Below are positions 1-9,898 of a stretch of DNA of 32,000 nt, one piece after another. Each line of letters starts with the position of its first letter. The first letter of the stretch is position 1. The position numbers and the translations under genes were made by a program. Location: assembly GCF_000185985.2 (NCBI RefSeq), contig NC_014909.2, forward strand, positions 450,001 through 482,000, given 5' to 3'. A model generated the notes under the pieces. It saw only the letters and a program-made list of their open reading frames with translations, made no database searches and was not told the origin of the DNA. Source of the stretch: Candidatus Saccharimonadota bacterium. GTDB lineage: Bacteria; Pseudomonadota; Gammaproteobacteria; Enterobacterales; Enterobacteriaceae.

Positions 1-458
1 AATTCTGATCCAATAATAATATTATACTCCCCTGATACTAACTTAGTTATATTATTATTTTGTTTTAAATATTTAGATAATGGCTCAAAATGGTTAGGAT
101 CAATTCCTAATAGCATTCCTAAAGATATTTCTTTAAGGCCTTGCAATATAATATTAGAAATAACTAATGGTTTAAAATATGCTATGTTATCTGACATTTC
201 GTGAAATAAAAAATTAGGAATATTGTTTACATGTGTATACCCTGAGGAAGAAGTAATTAAAATATGAGGGGTTAAATATAAAAGATTTTTTTTTAACTCA
301 CTCTCAAATCCATTCATTACAGATAATATTATTATCATTACTGCTATACTAAGCATAATAAAAATGCTAGAAACCCAATAAATATATCGACTAAATTGAT
401 TTATTGTTTTCCCAAAAATATACCGAAAAGCGATAAAACATACTACAGCAATATGCAT
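1..458 (-). CDS. lolC: Lipoprotein-release ABC transporter permease LolC, N-terminal 152 codons (rest lies beyond window start)
   Basis: Not in the ORF track because it runs off the window. My minus-strand translation from the ATG at 458-456 gives [60 protein letters not shown]...GMLLGIDP...GEYNIIIGSE. This carries the LolC/LolE N-terminal motifs (FRY..G, LSVMNGFE.EL, GIDP, YN.I.G). By recall it is closer to E. coli LolC than LolE. Confidence 0.8.
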   Translation of the reverse strand, partial: MHIAVVCFIAFRYIFGKTINQFSRYIYWVSSIFIMLSIAVMIIILSVMNGFESELKKNLLYLTPHILITSSSGYTHVNNIPNFLFHEMSDNIAYFKPLVISNIILQGLKEISLGMLLGIDPNHFEPLSKYLKQNNNITKLVSGEYNIIIGSE

Positions 459-603
459 ACTATTTTACTAAAAAATATTTAATTTTGAAAATATTGATCC
501 AATTTTATTAAATAACTCTTTAAATATTAAGCATACGTAATCTAAAAACTATACTGCATTATTATTTAGTAATATAAAAAAAATATAATCAACATATTTT
601 ACA

Positions 604-1179
604 TTACAATGACATATCATCATTACTTTTTATATTATTAACAACACGTAAAATTTCCCCAGTATTAGATGATAGCAATTGTAATTCTACATTAAATCCT
701 TGCATATCTCCATCATAGATATTACCATAAATTATATAATCAGCTTTTAAATAATTCGCTACTTTCACAGAAAATTCATAAGAATTAACAACATCTTCAT
801 AGGAAACTTCTAATTCTCGATATATATGATACAATTTATTTAAACTTATAATAGTATACGTATCATTATTATTTTCCAAAATCAAATTAATCAAAATATT
901 TGTAATATTGATTGTTTGTACCACCCTACTGCTATTGTTTTTAAAAATATTTATTAACACAGAACTATTATAATTAATATTATCCTTAAAAAAGGATACA
1001 TCCTGTAACATTTTATACAAAATAATTTTCCAATTAACTACTATCATACTCTCAATAACATCATGCAATTCAGAATTTACTGTTTTAATAATAACTGCAA
1101 TCGCTATATTATCAACAATACACATGCCAATATTAATAAAAAAAACTATACTAAAAACTAATCCAGTATTTTTTCTCAT
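604..1179 (-). CDS. lpoB: LpoB (YcfM)-like outer-membrane lipoprotein, activator of PBP1b; divergent
   Basis: 191-aa ORF. It has an N-terminal hydrophobic signal-like segment ending ...INIGMC (Cys20). Recalled similarity to E. coli LpoB: VNWKIILYKMLQ ~ DWNGAMQPMVSKML, SSVLINIFKNNSS ~ GSVLLVDSVNNRTNG, and the C-terminus ADYIIYGNI...VELQLLSSNTGEIL ~ AHYVLYSSA...LQMQLMLVQTGEIIW. The position after hinT matches the enteric hinT-ycfL-lpoB order. Confidence 0.55.
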   Translation of the reverse strand: MRKNTGLVFSIVFFINIGMCIVDNIAIAVIIKTVNSELHDVIESMIVVNWKIILYKMLQDVSFFKDNINYNSSVLINIFKNNSSRVVQTINITNILINLILENNNDTYTIISLNKLYHIYRELEVSYEDVVNSYEFSVKVANYLKADYIIYGNIYDGDMQGFNVELQLLSSNTGEILRVVNNIKSNDDMSL

Positions 1180-1304
1180 ATCTACAACATAATAATATAC
1201 TACTTATCAAAGGATAAAATCCTGTTACATTTTTAAACTAAAATCATTGCAATGTAATGAAAAATAATTTTAAAAAAATATATAAATTAATTAAAACGAT
1301 ATGA

Positions 1305-1661
1305 TTAATAATCTTGATGTAATAATGGACCAAGTAATTTACCTCCTAATAAATGCATATGTAAATGATAAATTTCTTGACCAGAATTTTTATTACAATT
1401 CACTATTAATCTATAACCTGAAATATTTATATTTTTTTTAGCTGCTATTTTTGATGCTACTAAAAACAATCTCCCCAAAGTTATTTCATGTTCAACTTTT
1501 ACATCATTTACGGTAGGAATTAATATATTCGGCACAATTAAAATATGAATAGGAGCTTTCGGATACAAATCATAAAATGCAGTAACTAAATCATCTTGAT
1601 ATACGAGATCAATTTTTACCTTTTTTTGAATAATATCTATGAATGGATTATTTTTTTTCAT
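1305..1661 (-). CDS. hinT: HIT-family purine nucleoside phosphoramidase HinT (YcfF)
   Basis: 118 aa. Histidine-triad motif HLHMHLLGG is present. There is near-colinear similarity to E. coli HinT (VYQDDLVTAF.D..P.AP.HILI.PN.LIPTVNDV). Confidence 0.9.
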   Translation of the reverse strand: MKKNNPFIDIIQKKVKIDLVYQDDLVTAFYDLYPKAPIHILIVPNILIPTVNDVKVEHEITLGRLFLVASKIAAKKNINISGYRLIVNCNKNSGQEIYHLHMHLLGGKLLGPLLHQDY

Positions 1662-1721
1662 TAATTTCCTTTAAATAACAAACATTATTACACAACAACA
1701 ACTTACTATATAATTAATACA

Positions 1722-2510
1722 TTATAATTCGACGCGAAATAATTCACAAAAATTAGATGTAGTAATAGATGCTATTTCATCTAGAGAAATTTTCTTTATA
1801 TCAGAAATATATCGAGCAATATCATATACATAAGCAGGTTGATTTTCTAAACCTCTATAAGGAACAGGAGTAAGATAAGGAGAATCTGTTTCTAATAACA
1901 TTCGATTCTCTGGTACGTATTGAATAACTTTTTTAAAATTATCAATATTTTTAAATGTTACCATCCCAGAAAAAGATATATAAAAATTCATATTCAATAA
2001 AATTCTAGCAGAATCTATATCGTCGCAAAAACAATGAAGGACCCCTTTACATTGTTTAGCCCCTGTTTCATTTAATAAAATTAAAACGTCTTTCATAGCA
2101 TTACGACTATGCACAACCAACGGCTTATCTATATTTTTAGCAATATCTATATGTTGGCAAAATATTTCTTTTTGTACATTTTTATTACTTATGTTATGAT
2201 AATAATCTAATCCTGTTTCTCCAATAGCTATTACATTATCGTTAAAAACAAAATTATTCAATTTATTTAAATCCACTCTTTTAATGGTGAAATCACATAT
2301 ATTCATTGGATGAATACCACAAGAAAATAATACATCTTTTCTATATCCAACAAATTGGATCATATTTTCATAATCTGATAAATCAGTACTGACTGATAAG
2401 ACTAATTTGACTCCTTTTTGATATGCTTTACTTAAAACATCTGATATATCTGCATGAACATTATGATAATTTAATTTATTAAGATGACAATGAGAATCAA
2501 TCAAAAACAT
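1722..2510 (-). CDS. ycfH: TatD-family metal-dependent hydrolase YcfH
   Basis: 262 aa. Starts MFLIDSHCHL (E. coli YcfH MFLVDSHCHL). Also GETGLDYY, VLHCF, ISFSG.VTF and ETDSPYL.PVP.RG.ENQPA motifs. Position after holB is as in enterics. Confidence 0.9.
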   Translation of the reverse strand: MFLIDSHCHLNKLNYHNVHADISDVLSKAYQKGVKLVLSVSTDLSDYENMIQFVGYRKDVLFSCGIHPMNICDFTIKRVDLNKLNNFVFNDNVIAIGETGLDYYHNISNKNVQKEIFCQHIDIAKNIDKPLVVHSRNAMKDVLILLNETGAKQCKGVLHCFCDDIDSARILLNMNFYISFSGMVTFKNIDNFKKVIQYVPENRMLLETDSPYLTPVPYRGLENQPAYVYDIARYISDIKKISLDEIASITTSNFCELFRVEL

Positions 2511-2514
2511 AACA

Positions 2515-3543
2515 TTAAATACTCCATAATTGAGAACATGTTTCTACTAAATTTTGTTCCCAGTGTAATAAACGACAAGTTAATAATAATTCATGATTAA
2601 TACTATCAAATTTTTGAAAATAATGAAATAAAATTAACCATTGTTTTAATTGCTCATGTAAAGCGAAAACACTCCACTGCATAGATACAATATAAATCAA
2701 TTTTAATTGATCTAAATTTATAAAAAAATCTTCTTGAATGCCTTGTTTGTATTTTAATGCATCTAAAAGTACAGTTATCAACCAGCACACAGATACATTC
2801 ATATATTTTTTAGAATTCAAAAGTGACAACAATTGTAAATAAGATTTATTTTTACACACATTCTTAAGAATATCATACAATCCTAAACGATAATTCCACA
2901 TATCCGACGATTTTAACATAAATTTAGCTAATATAGGAGATCCATAATTTAATCTTAAAGCAGTCCTAATAGATACATTATCATTATTACCCCCTTCTTC
3001 TTGTGTTTTTATCCATTTTAATCCTATATGTTCTGGAGGAGATAAAATAAACCACCTCATACATCGACTTCTTATAGTTGCAGGAATATACATATACTCT
3101 CTAGTTTTTAAAAAAAAATAAGTATTTATAGGCGGTTCTTCTATAATCTTAAGAAGTAAATTGACAGATTCAGCATTTAAGTATTCTATATATTTTATAA
3201 AAACAACTCTCACCTTATTATATATAGTGTGTTCATAAATCGAATTTATACAAATTTTTATTAAATCTGTATTTATAGTTGGAGCGTGATTTTGCAAACA
3301 TAATTGATAATAATTGGGATATTGTTCGATATTCATTAAATAACAATGATGACAAACATCACAATATTCCATATTAATAGGGTTTTCACAAATTAACCAA
3401 CGAGCAAGAAATTCAATTAATCTATCCTCACCATTATCCCATTTACTACTAAAAAGCATCGCATGATGCCCCTTATTTATGCAGTAAGAATGTAAAATCC
3501 GATAATAAATAGTTTTTAACCACGGATACCACTGTATTTTCAT
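2515..3543 (-). CDS. holB: DNA polymerase III delta-prime subunit HolB
   Basis: The track ORF extends to 3579. Homology starts at the internal Met: MKIQWYPWL aligns with E. coli MRWYPWL. The ATG at 3543 avoids a 29-nt overlap with tmk. Motifs GHHAMLF, Cys cluster C..CHHC, LLKIIEEPP and SRC are present. Confidence 0.85.
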   Translation of the reverse strand: MKIQWYPWLKTIYYRILHSYCINKGHHAMLFSSKWDNGEDRLIEFLARWLICENPINMEYCDVCHHCYLMNIEQYPNYYQLCLQNHAPTINTDLIKICINSIYEHTIYNKVRVVFIKYIEYLNAESVNLLLKIIEEPPINTYFFLKTREYMYIPATIRSRCMRWFILSPPEHIGLKWIKTQEEGGNNDNVSIRTALRLNYGSPILAKFMLKSSDMWNYRLGLYDILKNVCKNKSYLQLLSLLNSKKYMNVSVCWLITVLLDALKYKQGIQEDFFINLDQLKLIYIVSMQWSVFALHEQLKQWLILFHYFQKFDSINHELLLTCRLLHWEQNLVETCSQLWSI

Positions 3544-3550
3544 ATTAAAT

Positions 3551-4186
3551 TTATTTAAACCAATTATATAGCCATACATCCAAATATTGATAAATAGATC
3601 GAGAAACTATTTCTAAACTTTGATTGGCATTAATTGTAATAATATTTTTTTGAATAGCAGCAACTTTCTTATAATATTCTCGTACTTTATAAAAAAAACT
3701 CAAAGGTTCTTTTTCAATACGATCTAACTTGTCTCTATTTTTTACACGCAATAAACTAATTTCTGGAGCAATATCTAGATAAAATATTAAATGTGGAAAT
3801 AAATTATTTATTACACTTTTAGATAATAAATACAAAAAAAATTCATCAACCCCCCGACCTCCACCTTGATATGCAAAAGAAGATAAATCAAATCTATCTC
3901 CAATAACCCAATCACCTTTAGTCAAAGCTGGTTTTACAATGTTTTCTAATAACTGAGAACGTGCTGCATATAACATCAACACTTCTGTCATATTAGTAAT
4001 AGATTCATCTATAGCGCCATTCTTAATTAAGAATCGTAACGAATCTGAAATTTTTGTACCTCCCGGTTCATGAACAGTGATTAAATTAGTAATATTATTA
4101 TTATTAAAATATTGGACTATTTTAGAAACAATAGTAGTTTTACCCGATCCATCTAATCCCTCAACTACAATAAATTTATTATTCAT
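3551..4186 (-). CDS. tmk: Thymidylate kinase
   Basis: 211 aa. P-loop VVEGLDGSGKTT, plus EPGGT, YAARSQL, DRFDLSSFAYQGGGRG and DRIE, colinear with E. coli Tmk. Confidence 0.95.
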   Translation of the reverse strand: MNNKFIVVEGLDGSGKTTIVSKIVQYFNNNNITNLITVHEPGGTKISDSLRFLIKNGAIDESITNMTEVLMLYAARSQLLENIVKPALTKGDWVIGDRFDLSSFAYQGGGRGVDEFFLYLLSKSVINNLFPHLIFYLDIAPEISLLRVKNRDKLDRIEKEPLSFFYKVREYYKKVAAIQKNIITINANQSLEIVSRSIYQYLDVWLYNWFK

Positions 4187-4404
4187 ACTATAGATAATTG
4201 ATAAAATACACAGCCATTATAATTGATTAAATCTAAACCTCTCGGGTAAATTTAAAATATATTACTACACCTTTGTTTCTACAACATCATTTTTAATAAT
4301 TTAATGCATATAATTTTTTTAAAAATAATTATGTAATTTACACCATCACTTTTTCATATTTTACACAAAAAATACAACAAACTCTTTTTTTATAAAAAAG
4401 ATAA

Positions 4405-5223
4405 TTAGTTTATTATATGAAATTTTAATAAATTTAATAATGTTTTATCAGAATAAAAATAATTATTGATGACATTTACAGATGCTAATGGTAATAAAGA
4501 ATTAGTAATAAACACTTCTTCCATTTCTTTTAAATGTTCTATTCCTACCATTACTTCTTGTACAACGTAACCTAAATCAGGTAATATTTTTAATATCACT
4601 TGCCTAATCACTCCATTTACCCCTGCATGATGCAAATAAGGAGTAAATACTTTATTTTTTTTACGCCAAAAAATATTAGCACTACAACATTCAACAATAT
4701 TGTTTTCAGTATCTAATACTAATACATCATCAATATTTTTTTTATTTCGATATATTTCTGAGGCAATTAAAACTTGTTCTAAACGGTTTAAATGTTTAAT
4801 TCCTGATAAAAGAGGATTTCTCGATAATCGTATAGAACTTATTTTTAAACGCACACCAGAATAACACAACTTTTTATAATGTTCAGAACACGGAAGAACA
4901 CGAATAATACGTAATATTTCCAATTTATCATCAAAACCATATCCATACACTACTCTATCATAACTCATTCGAGTTATGATAATTTTTATTATTCCATATT
5001 TACTATAATTTGCCGCTTTTAAAATTTCTTTGTATAAAATATGAAAATTTACATTATCAAACATTAATCGTCGGGCTGACAAAATCAATCTATCCATATG
5101 ATAACTAAGCCATTGCACTTCTCCTTTTTTAATTTGAGAAGTTGTAAAAAATCCGTCTCCAAAATGTAAAGCACGATTATTTAACGATATTTGCGTTTGT
5201 AAAACTCCATTAACCCAATACAT
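4405..5223 (-). CDS. pabC: Aminodeoxychorismate lyase (fold-type IV PLP enzyme)
   Basis: 272 aa. FGDGFFTT, SGIKHLNRLEQVL, ECCSANIFWRK and TP....AGVNGV.RQ match E. coli PabC almost position for position. Confidence 0.85.
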   Translation of the reverse strand: MYWVNGVLQTQISLNNRALHFGDGFFTTSQIKKGEVQWLSYHMDRLILSARRLMFDNVNFHILYKEILKAANYSKYGIIKIIITRMSYDRVVYGYGFDDKLEILRIIRVLPCSEHYKKLCYSGVRLKISSIRLSRNPLLSGIKHLNRLEQVLIASEIYRNKKNIDDVLVLDTENNIVECCSANIFWRKKNKVFTPYLHHAGVNGVIRQVILKILPDLGYVVQEVMVGIEHLKEMEEVFITNSLLPLASVNVINNYFYSDKTLLNLLKFHIIN

Positions 5224-5514
5224 TTTATATTCATTAATAATATCAATAGTAAAATCAAACTCTTTTTACGTTTAAATACCTGTATTTAAATATTATATTA
5301 AACGCTTCTTAAGAATATTTGTATTTTGTAATTAAAATAATACTCAAAAACAAAAATTAAAATTCATACATTCATTATACTATTTTACAAAATTAAAAAT
5401 TAATATGACTATACAATTGTAATTTCTAAAAATTCAACACTTAATTCCTGGACGTAATATACATATTTTAAATTCAATAATAAAATAATTTTGATTCATT
5501 CATATATTATATAA

Positions 5515-5760
5515 CTAGATTAGTTTGTTGTGATTAACATTAATAAAATCTATAGCTGATTGAACAGTGGTAATTTTTTCTGCTTCTTCATCTGGAATTT
5601 CTATATCAAATTCTTCTTCTAATGCCATAACTAATTCTACAGTATCTAACGAATCTGCTCCTAAATCATCAATGAATGAAGCATGATTTACTACTTCTTC
5701 TTTTTTCACTCCTAATTGCTCGCTAATTATAGCTTTTACTTTTTCTTCAACAGTACTCAT
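5515..5760 (-). CDS. acpP: Acyl carrier protein
   Basis: 81 aa. Phosphopantetheine site [19 protein letters not shown]. Highly similar to E. coli AcpP over its full length. Confidence 0.97.
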   Translation of the reverse strand: MSTVEEKVKAIISEQLGVKKEEVVNHASFIDDLGADSLDTVELVMALEEEFDIEIPDEEAEKITTVQSAIDFINVNHNKLI

Positions 5761-5918
5761 ACTTTTATCCTATCAAAGTGATACCATAAATTTATTTTCA
5801 ATAACTAATTGAAATAAATCTTTAATATATATTCTCGTTTTAATAAAAAAACATCTATAATAAATCAAAATAAATAATTAAATTTATTACCAAATAGTGG
5901 TTATTCAAATAAATTACT

Positions 5919-6653
5919 TCATCCCATATACATTCCTCCATTTACATGTATAGTTTGGCCGGTAATATAACTTGAATCATCAGATGCAAAAAATACTACC
6001 GCATTAGCTACATCTTTAGGATTACCAAAACGACGTATTGGAATTTTAGATAAAATATTCTCTTTTTGCTTATCAGTCAAATTTTTTGTCATATCAGTAT
6101 CAATAAACCCTGGAGTTACCACATTCACAGTAATACCCCAAGACGCCACTTCTTTGGCTAATGATTTTGTAAATCCAATTAAACCTGATTTGGCTGCTGC
6201 ATAATTTACCTGACCAACATTTCCTATCATACTTACTACAGAACTTATATTAATAATCCTACCATAATGATTTTTAATCATTGGTTTTATTACTGCCTTA
6301 GACATTCTATATACCGCATTGAGATTAACATCTATTACTGATTTCCATTCATCGTCTTTCATGTATACCAGAATATTATCTTGAGTAATACCAGCATTAT
6401 TGACTAATATATCTATATGACCAAATTCCTTATGTATTTCTTGTAAACAAAAATTAATTGAATACTGTTTAGTAACATCTAAACAAACCCCCTTTCCTTT
6501 GCTACCCAAATACATATTAATATTTTTTACACCACCTTCATCAGTAGCTGTACCTATCACTGTAGCCCCATAACTTACAAACAATTCAGAAATAATTCTT
6601 CCAATTCCTTTTCGAGCTCCAGTTACTAAAATATTTTTTTTTATAAAAATCAT
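5919..6653 (-). CDS. fabG: 3-oxoacyl-ACP reductase
   Basis: 244 aa SDR. TGARKGIGR cofactor motif, NNAGIT, Y..AK catalytic pair (NYAAAKSG). Position in the fab cluster fits. Confidence 0.95.
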   Translation of the reverse strand: MIFIKKNILVTGARKGIGRIISELFVSYGATVIGTATDEGGVKNINMYLGSKGKGVCLDVTKQYSINFCLQEIHKEFGHIDILVNNAGITQDNILVYMKDDEWKSVIDVNLNAVYRMSKAVIKPMIKNHYGRIINISSVVSMIGNVGQVNYAAAKSGLIGFTKSLAKEVASWGITVNVVTPGFIDTDMTKNLTDKQKENILSKIPIRRFGNPKDVANAVVFFASDDSSYITGQTIHVNGGMYMG

Positions 6654-6697
6654 CTGTATATATGTTCCTGTTTAATAATTTTTCAAATAAGAAATAA

Positions 6698-7660
6698 TTA
6701 ATTTTTTACACACATATTTATCGCTGTTAATAATCTATTAATATTATTTATCGATAAACTAAATATATTATCATACATAGATCTCTGTATTAATTGAGTT
6801 AATACCTTTCCAGGGCCCATCTCTAAAAATTTTTCAATATTGTTACCAATAATTTTTTGAATAATTTCATGCCAACGCACTGGGGTATACAATTGACGTA
6901 TTAATGCATCACGAATCGCTAATGGCTCTGATTCAATTGATACATCAGTATTATTTATAATTGGTATTTTAGGTGGATAAATCTTTACCTTTTTTAAAGC
7001 TTCTTTAAATTTATTAACCATTGGTTTCATTATAATACAATGCGATGGCACACTAATTGGCAAAAATTTAACATATTTTGCTCCTGCTTTTTTACAAAAT
7101 AAATTTACTTTTTCTACTGCTTTTATGTGTCCTGAAATAACTATATTGCCAGGAGCATTAAACCCAGCAGGAGCAACAATTTGATTGTATATAGATTCAG
7201 TCATTTTACAAAATTCAATTACAGTATCATTATTTAACCCAATAATTACAGACATAGCTCCATCTCCATATGGAGATACTTCTTGCATTAATTTACTTCG
7301 AACCATTATTAATTTTACTGCAGATAATAAATCTATACTTTCAGAACACACTAAAGCAGAATATTCTCCTAAACTGTGACCAGCCATTAAATTTGGTATT
7401 TGCCCTCCTTGTTCTCTCCATACCCTCCAAATAATCACCGAAGCCGTTAAAATAGCTGGCTGAGCGTAACAAGTTTTATTTAATTTGGTAATAGGCCCAT
7501 ATTGTGTTAATCTCCATATATCATAATTTAAAATTTCCGACACCTCATCAAAAATTTTTCGTACTAATTTGTAACGAGTAGCAAAATCTGATAACATACC
7601 CAAATGTTGTGATGATTGACCAGGAAACACCACAGCTAAAGTCTTATCTTTAGTATTCAT
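6698..7660 (-). CDS. fabD: Malonyl-CoA:ACP transacylase
   Basis: 320 aa. VFPGQSSQ and active-site GHSLGEYSA. Cluster position fits. Confidence 0.95.
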   Translation of the reverse strand: MNTKDKTLAVVFPGQSSQHLGMLSDFATRYKLVRKIFDEVSEILNYDIWRLTQYGPITKLNKTCYAQPAILTASVIIWRVWREQGGQIPNLMAGHSLGEYSALVCSESIDLLSAVKLIMVRSKLMQEVSPYGDGAMSVIIGLNNDTVIEFCKMTESIYNQIVAPAGFNAPGNIVISGHIKAVEKVNLFCKKAGAKYVKFLPISVPSHCIIMKPMVNKFKEALKKVKIYPPKIPIINNTDVSIESEPLAIRDALIRQLYTPVRWHEIIQKIIGNNIEKFLEMGPGKVLTQLIQRSMYDNIFSLSINNINRLLTAINMCVKN

Positions 7661-7694
7661 ATATTATTTATATTTCCTTTAATATTAATGTATT

Positions 7695-8651
7695 TTATAA
7701 ACGTAATAAAACCGATCCCCACGTAAGTCCAGCCCCGAATGCTTCTAATAATAGTAATTGATTTAATTTAATACGTCCATCTCGAACAGCTTCATCTAAT
7801 GCTAAAGGAACAGAGGCAGCTGAAGTATTTCCATGTTTATCAAGTGTAATTACTATTTTTTTCATATCTATATTCAATCGTTTAGCAGCTGCTGAAATAA
7901 TTCTTAAATTGGCTTGATGAGGTATTAACCAATCTAATTCATCTTGATGTAGATCATTTTCTTTTAAAGTTTCCTGCACAATATGTGTGCACACAGAAAT
8001 AGCCATTTTAAATAATTTATTGCCAGCCATTGTTAAATGTACAGAAGAACAAGAATTATTAAATCTGTTATAATTAGGAAGAGTGAGTAGATGTCCATAT
8101 TTTCCATTTGCATGCAAACGTGTAGAAATAATCCCAGGGTTTTTTGAACGACCTAATATTACTGCTCCAGCTCCGTCTCCAAATAAAATCAACGTACCTC
8201 GGTCTTTAGGATTTAAAGAATGACTTAAAATATCTGAACCTACAATTAACGCATATTCTGCAGTACCGTGCTTAATATATTGATCCGCTACATTCAATGC
8301 ATATATAAAACCAGAACAAGCTGCTGATAAATCAAAAGCAATAGTATCACGTATATTCAAATCACGTTGAATCTGACAGGCTGAGCTAGGAAATGCATGA
8401 CTAGAAGATGTTGTAGCAACAATAATAACGCCTATTTTATTAGGCTGCACGTTCGACATATCTAAAGCTTTTCGGGACGCAAAATAACCCATTTTTGCAA
8501 CAGTTTCATAAGAATTAGAGATACGACGCTCTTGAATACCAGTACGTGCTATAATCCATTCATTTGAAGTATCTACCATTTTTTCTAATACAACATTTGA
8601 TCTAATATGTGCAGGTAAATAACTTCCTGTTCCAAAAATTCTAGTAAACAT
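7695..8651 (-). CDS. fabH: 3-oxoacyl-ACP synthase III
   Basis: 318 aa. Starts [13 protein letters not shown] (E. coli MYTKIIGTGSYLP). Active-site Cys context AACSGF, plus HQAN and GNTSAAS motifs. Confidence 0.95.
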   Translation of the reverse strand: MFTRIFGTGSYLPAHIRSNVVLEKMVDTSNEWIIARTGIQERRISNSYETVAKMGYFASRKALDMSNVQPNKIGVIIVATTSSSHAFPSSACQIQRDLNIRDTIAFDLSAACSGFIYALNVADQYIKHGTAEYALIVGSDILSHSLNPKDRGTLILFGDGAGAVILGRSKNPGIISTRLHANGKYGHLLTLPNYNRFNNSCSSVHLTMAGNKLFKMAISVCTHIVQETLKENDLHQDELDWLIPHQANLRIISAAAKRLNIDMKKIVITLDKHGNTSAASVPLALDEAVRDGRIKLNQLLLLEAFGAGLTWGSVLLRL

Positions 8652-8657
8652 ATATTA

Positions 8658-9704
8658 TTAATAATAATTATTTTGATATGATAACATTTGACTTAATCGA
8701 TCAGCAATTTTCTCTGGTATTCTTCTCTCTACCGAATGAACAGCTTGAATTATAGCTTTAGTAAATGCATGTTGATTAGCTCCTCCATGACTTTTAATTA
8801 CTGTGTTATGCAACCCCACCAAATATGCTCCATTATATCGATCTGGATTTAATTGGATAAATTTTTTAAAAAAAATCTTACTAAACCAATGCTTAATATG
8901 TTCAATCACATAACAATATATTGTATTTTTTTCTTCTGATTTTTGAAACACAGACAAAACAACCCTTATAACCCCTTCCATAGTTTTCAATGTAATATTT
9001 CCAATAAATCCATCACAAACTATAACATCTGTTTTACCTGCTAATAAATCATTAGCTTCAATATATCCAATATATCGAATCGATGAAATAGTATGTAATA
9101 TTTTTGACGCTTGACGAATATTATCTAAGCCTTTAGATTCTTCAGATCCTATATTTAACAAAGCTACTTTAGGATTACCTATCCCTACAATCTGTTCTGA
9201 TAATACTGTTCCCATAATTGCAAACTGCACTAACATCGAACCACTACAAGCAATATTAGCACCTAAATCTAAAATTACAGTTTTCCCTTTGTTTTGATGA
9301 GGAAGAAATGTTGTTAATGCAGGCCGATCAATTCCATTGATAGGCTTAAGTACTAACTTGGATAATCCCATAAGAGCCCCAGTATTACCCGCACTAACAC
9401 AAGCTTGAGCATTTCCTGACTTAATTAATTCTAAAGCAATTCGCATGGAAGTATCTTTACTTACTCTAATAGCTTGAGATGGTCTATCATTATCGCTAAT
9501 TACTGATTTTGAAGGAATTATAGTTAACCTGTTAATATATTTGCTATTAAATTTTTTTAAAACAGATCTAATCATACTAGGATTACCAACTAACAGACAA
9601 ACAAGTCTTGGACACAAATCCAATGCCTCTAAAGAAGCGGGGACAATAACTCTAGGGCCAAAATCCCCCCCCATTGTATCTAGAGCAAGAACTAAATGTT
9701 TCAA
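8658..9704 (-). CDS. plsX: Phosphate acyltransferase PlsX
   Basis: 348 aa. [38 protein letters not shown] and NGA.L.GL..TVIKSHG are colinear with E. coli PlsX. Confidence 0.95.
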   Translation of the reverse strand: MKHLVLALDTMGGDFGPRVIVPASLEALDLCPRLVCLLVGNPSMIRSVLKKFNSKYINRLTIIPSKSVISDNDRPSQAIRVSKDTSMRIALELIKSGNAQACVSAGNTGALMGLSKLVLKPINGIDRPALTTFLPHQNKGKTVILDLGANIACSGSMLVQFAIMGTVLSEQIVGIGNPKVALLNIGSEESKGLDNIRQASKILHTISSIRYIGYIEANDLLAGKTDVIVCDGFIGNITLKTMEGVIRVVLSVFQKSEEKNTIYCYVIEHIKHWFSKIFFKKFIQLNPDRYNGAYLVGLHNTVIKSHGGANQHAFTKAIIQAVHSVERRIPEKIADRLSQMLSYQNNYY

Positions 9705-9715
9705 CGCTATTTATA

Positions 9716-9898
9716 TTATTGAGAATTATTTTTTTCAACCATTTTAAGTCCTTTATAAAAACCATCGGTAGTAATACAATGACGACGATGAATCTCTTTT
9801 GAGATCTGATCTACTGATATATTTGTTAGTTTCAAAGCATTATGAGAACGACGCATACCTCGTCTAGAACGAGTAGATTTATTTTGTTGAACCGCCAT
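9716..9898 (-). CDS. rpmF: 50S ribosomal protein L32
   Basis: 60 aa. [22 protein letters not shown] matches the E. coli L32 N-terminus. It lies immediately upstream of plsX, as in enterics. Confidence 0.95.
   Translation of the reverse strand: MAVQQNKSTRSRRGMRRSHNALKLTNISVDQISKEIHRRHCITTDGFYKGLKMVEKNNSQ

Noticed and set aside
604-1179. Calling the 191-aa lipoprotein-like ORF YcfL
   Set aside because: E. coli YcfL is much shorter (~125 aa). The recognisable conserved blocks match LpoB (YcfM) instead.
3544-3579. N-terminal extensions in the ORF track: holB to 3579, ldtB from 14446 (TTG), hspQ from 18087, aspC from 21023 (TTG)
   Set aside because: In each case similarity to the E. coli orthologue begins at an internal ATG (3543, 14503, 18114, 21044). 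The hspQ internal start also has a GAGGGG ribosome-binding-like motif, and the holB extension would overlap tmk by 29 nt.
5788-5820. Imperfect AT-only hairpin between fabG and acpP
   Set aside because: It needs a bulge and has only one G-C pair, so its stability and significance are too low to call a terminator or attenuator.
7185-7379. 64-aa + strand ORF inside fabD
   Set aside because: It is entirely antisense to a well-conserved fabD. It has no recognisable motifs and is a typical shadow ORF.
9541-9747. 68-aa + strand ORF across the plsX start / rpmF end
   Set aside because: It is antisense to two conserved genes, and no homology was recognised.
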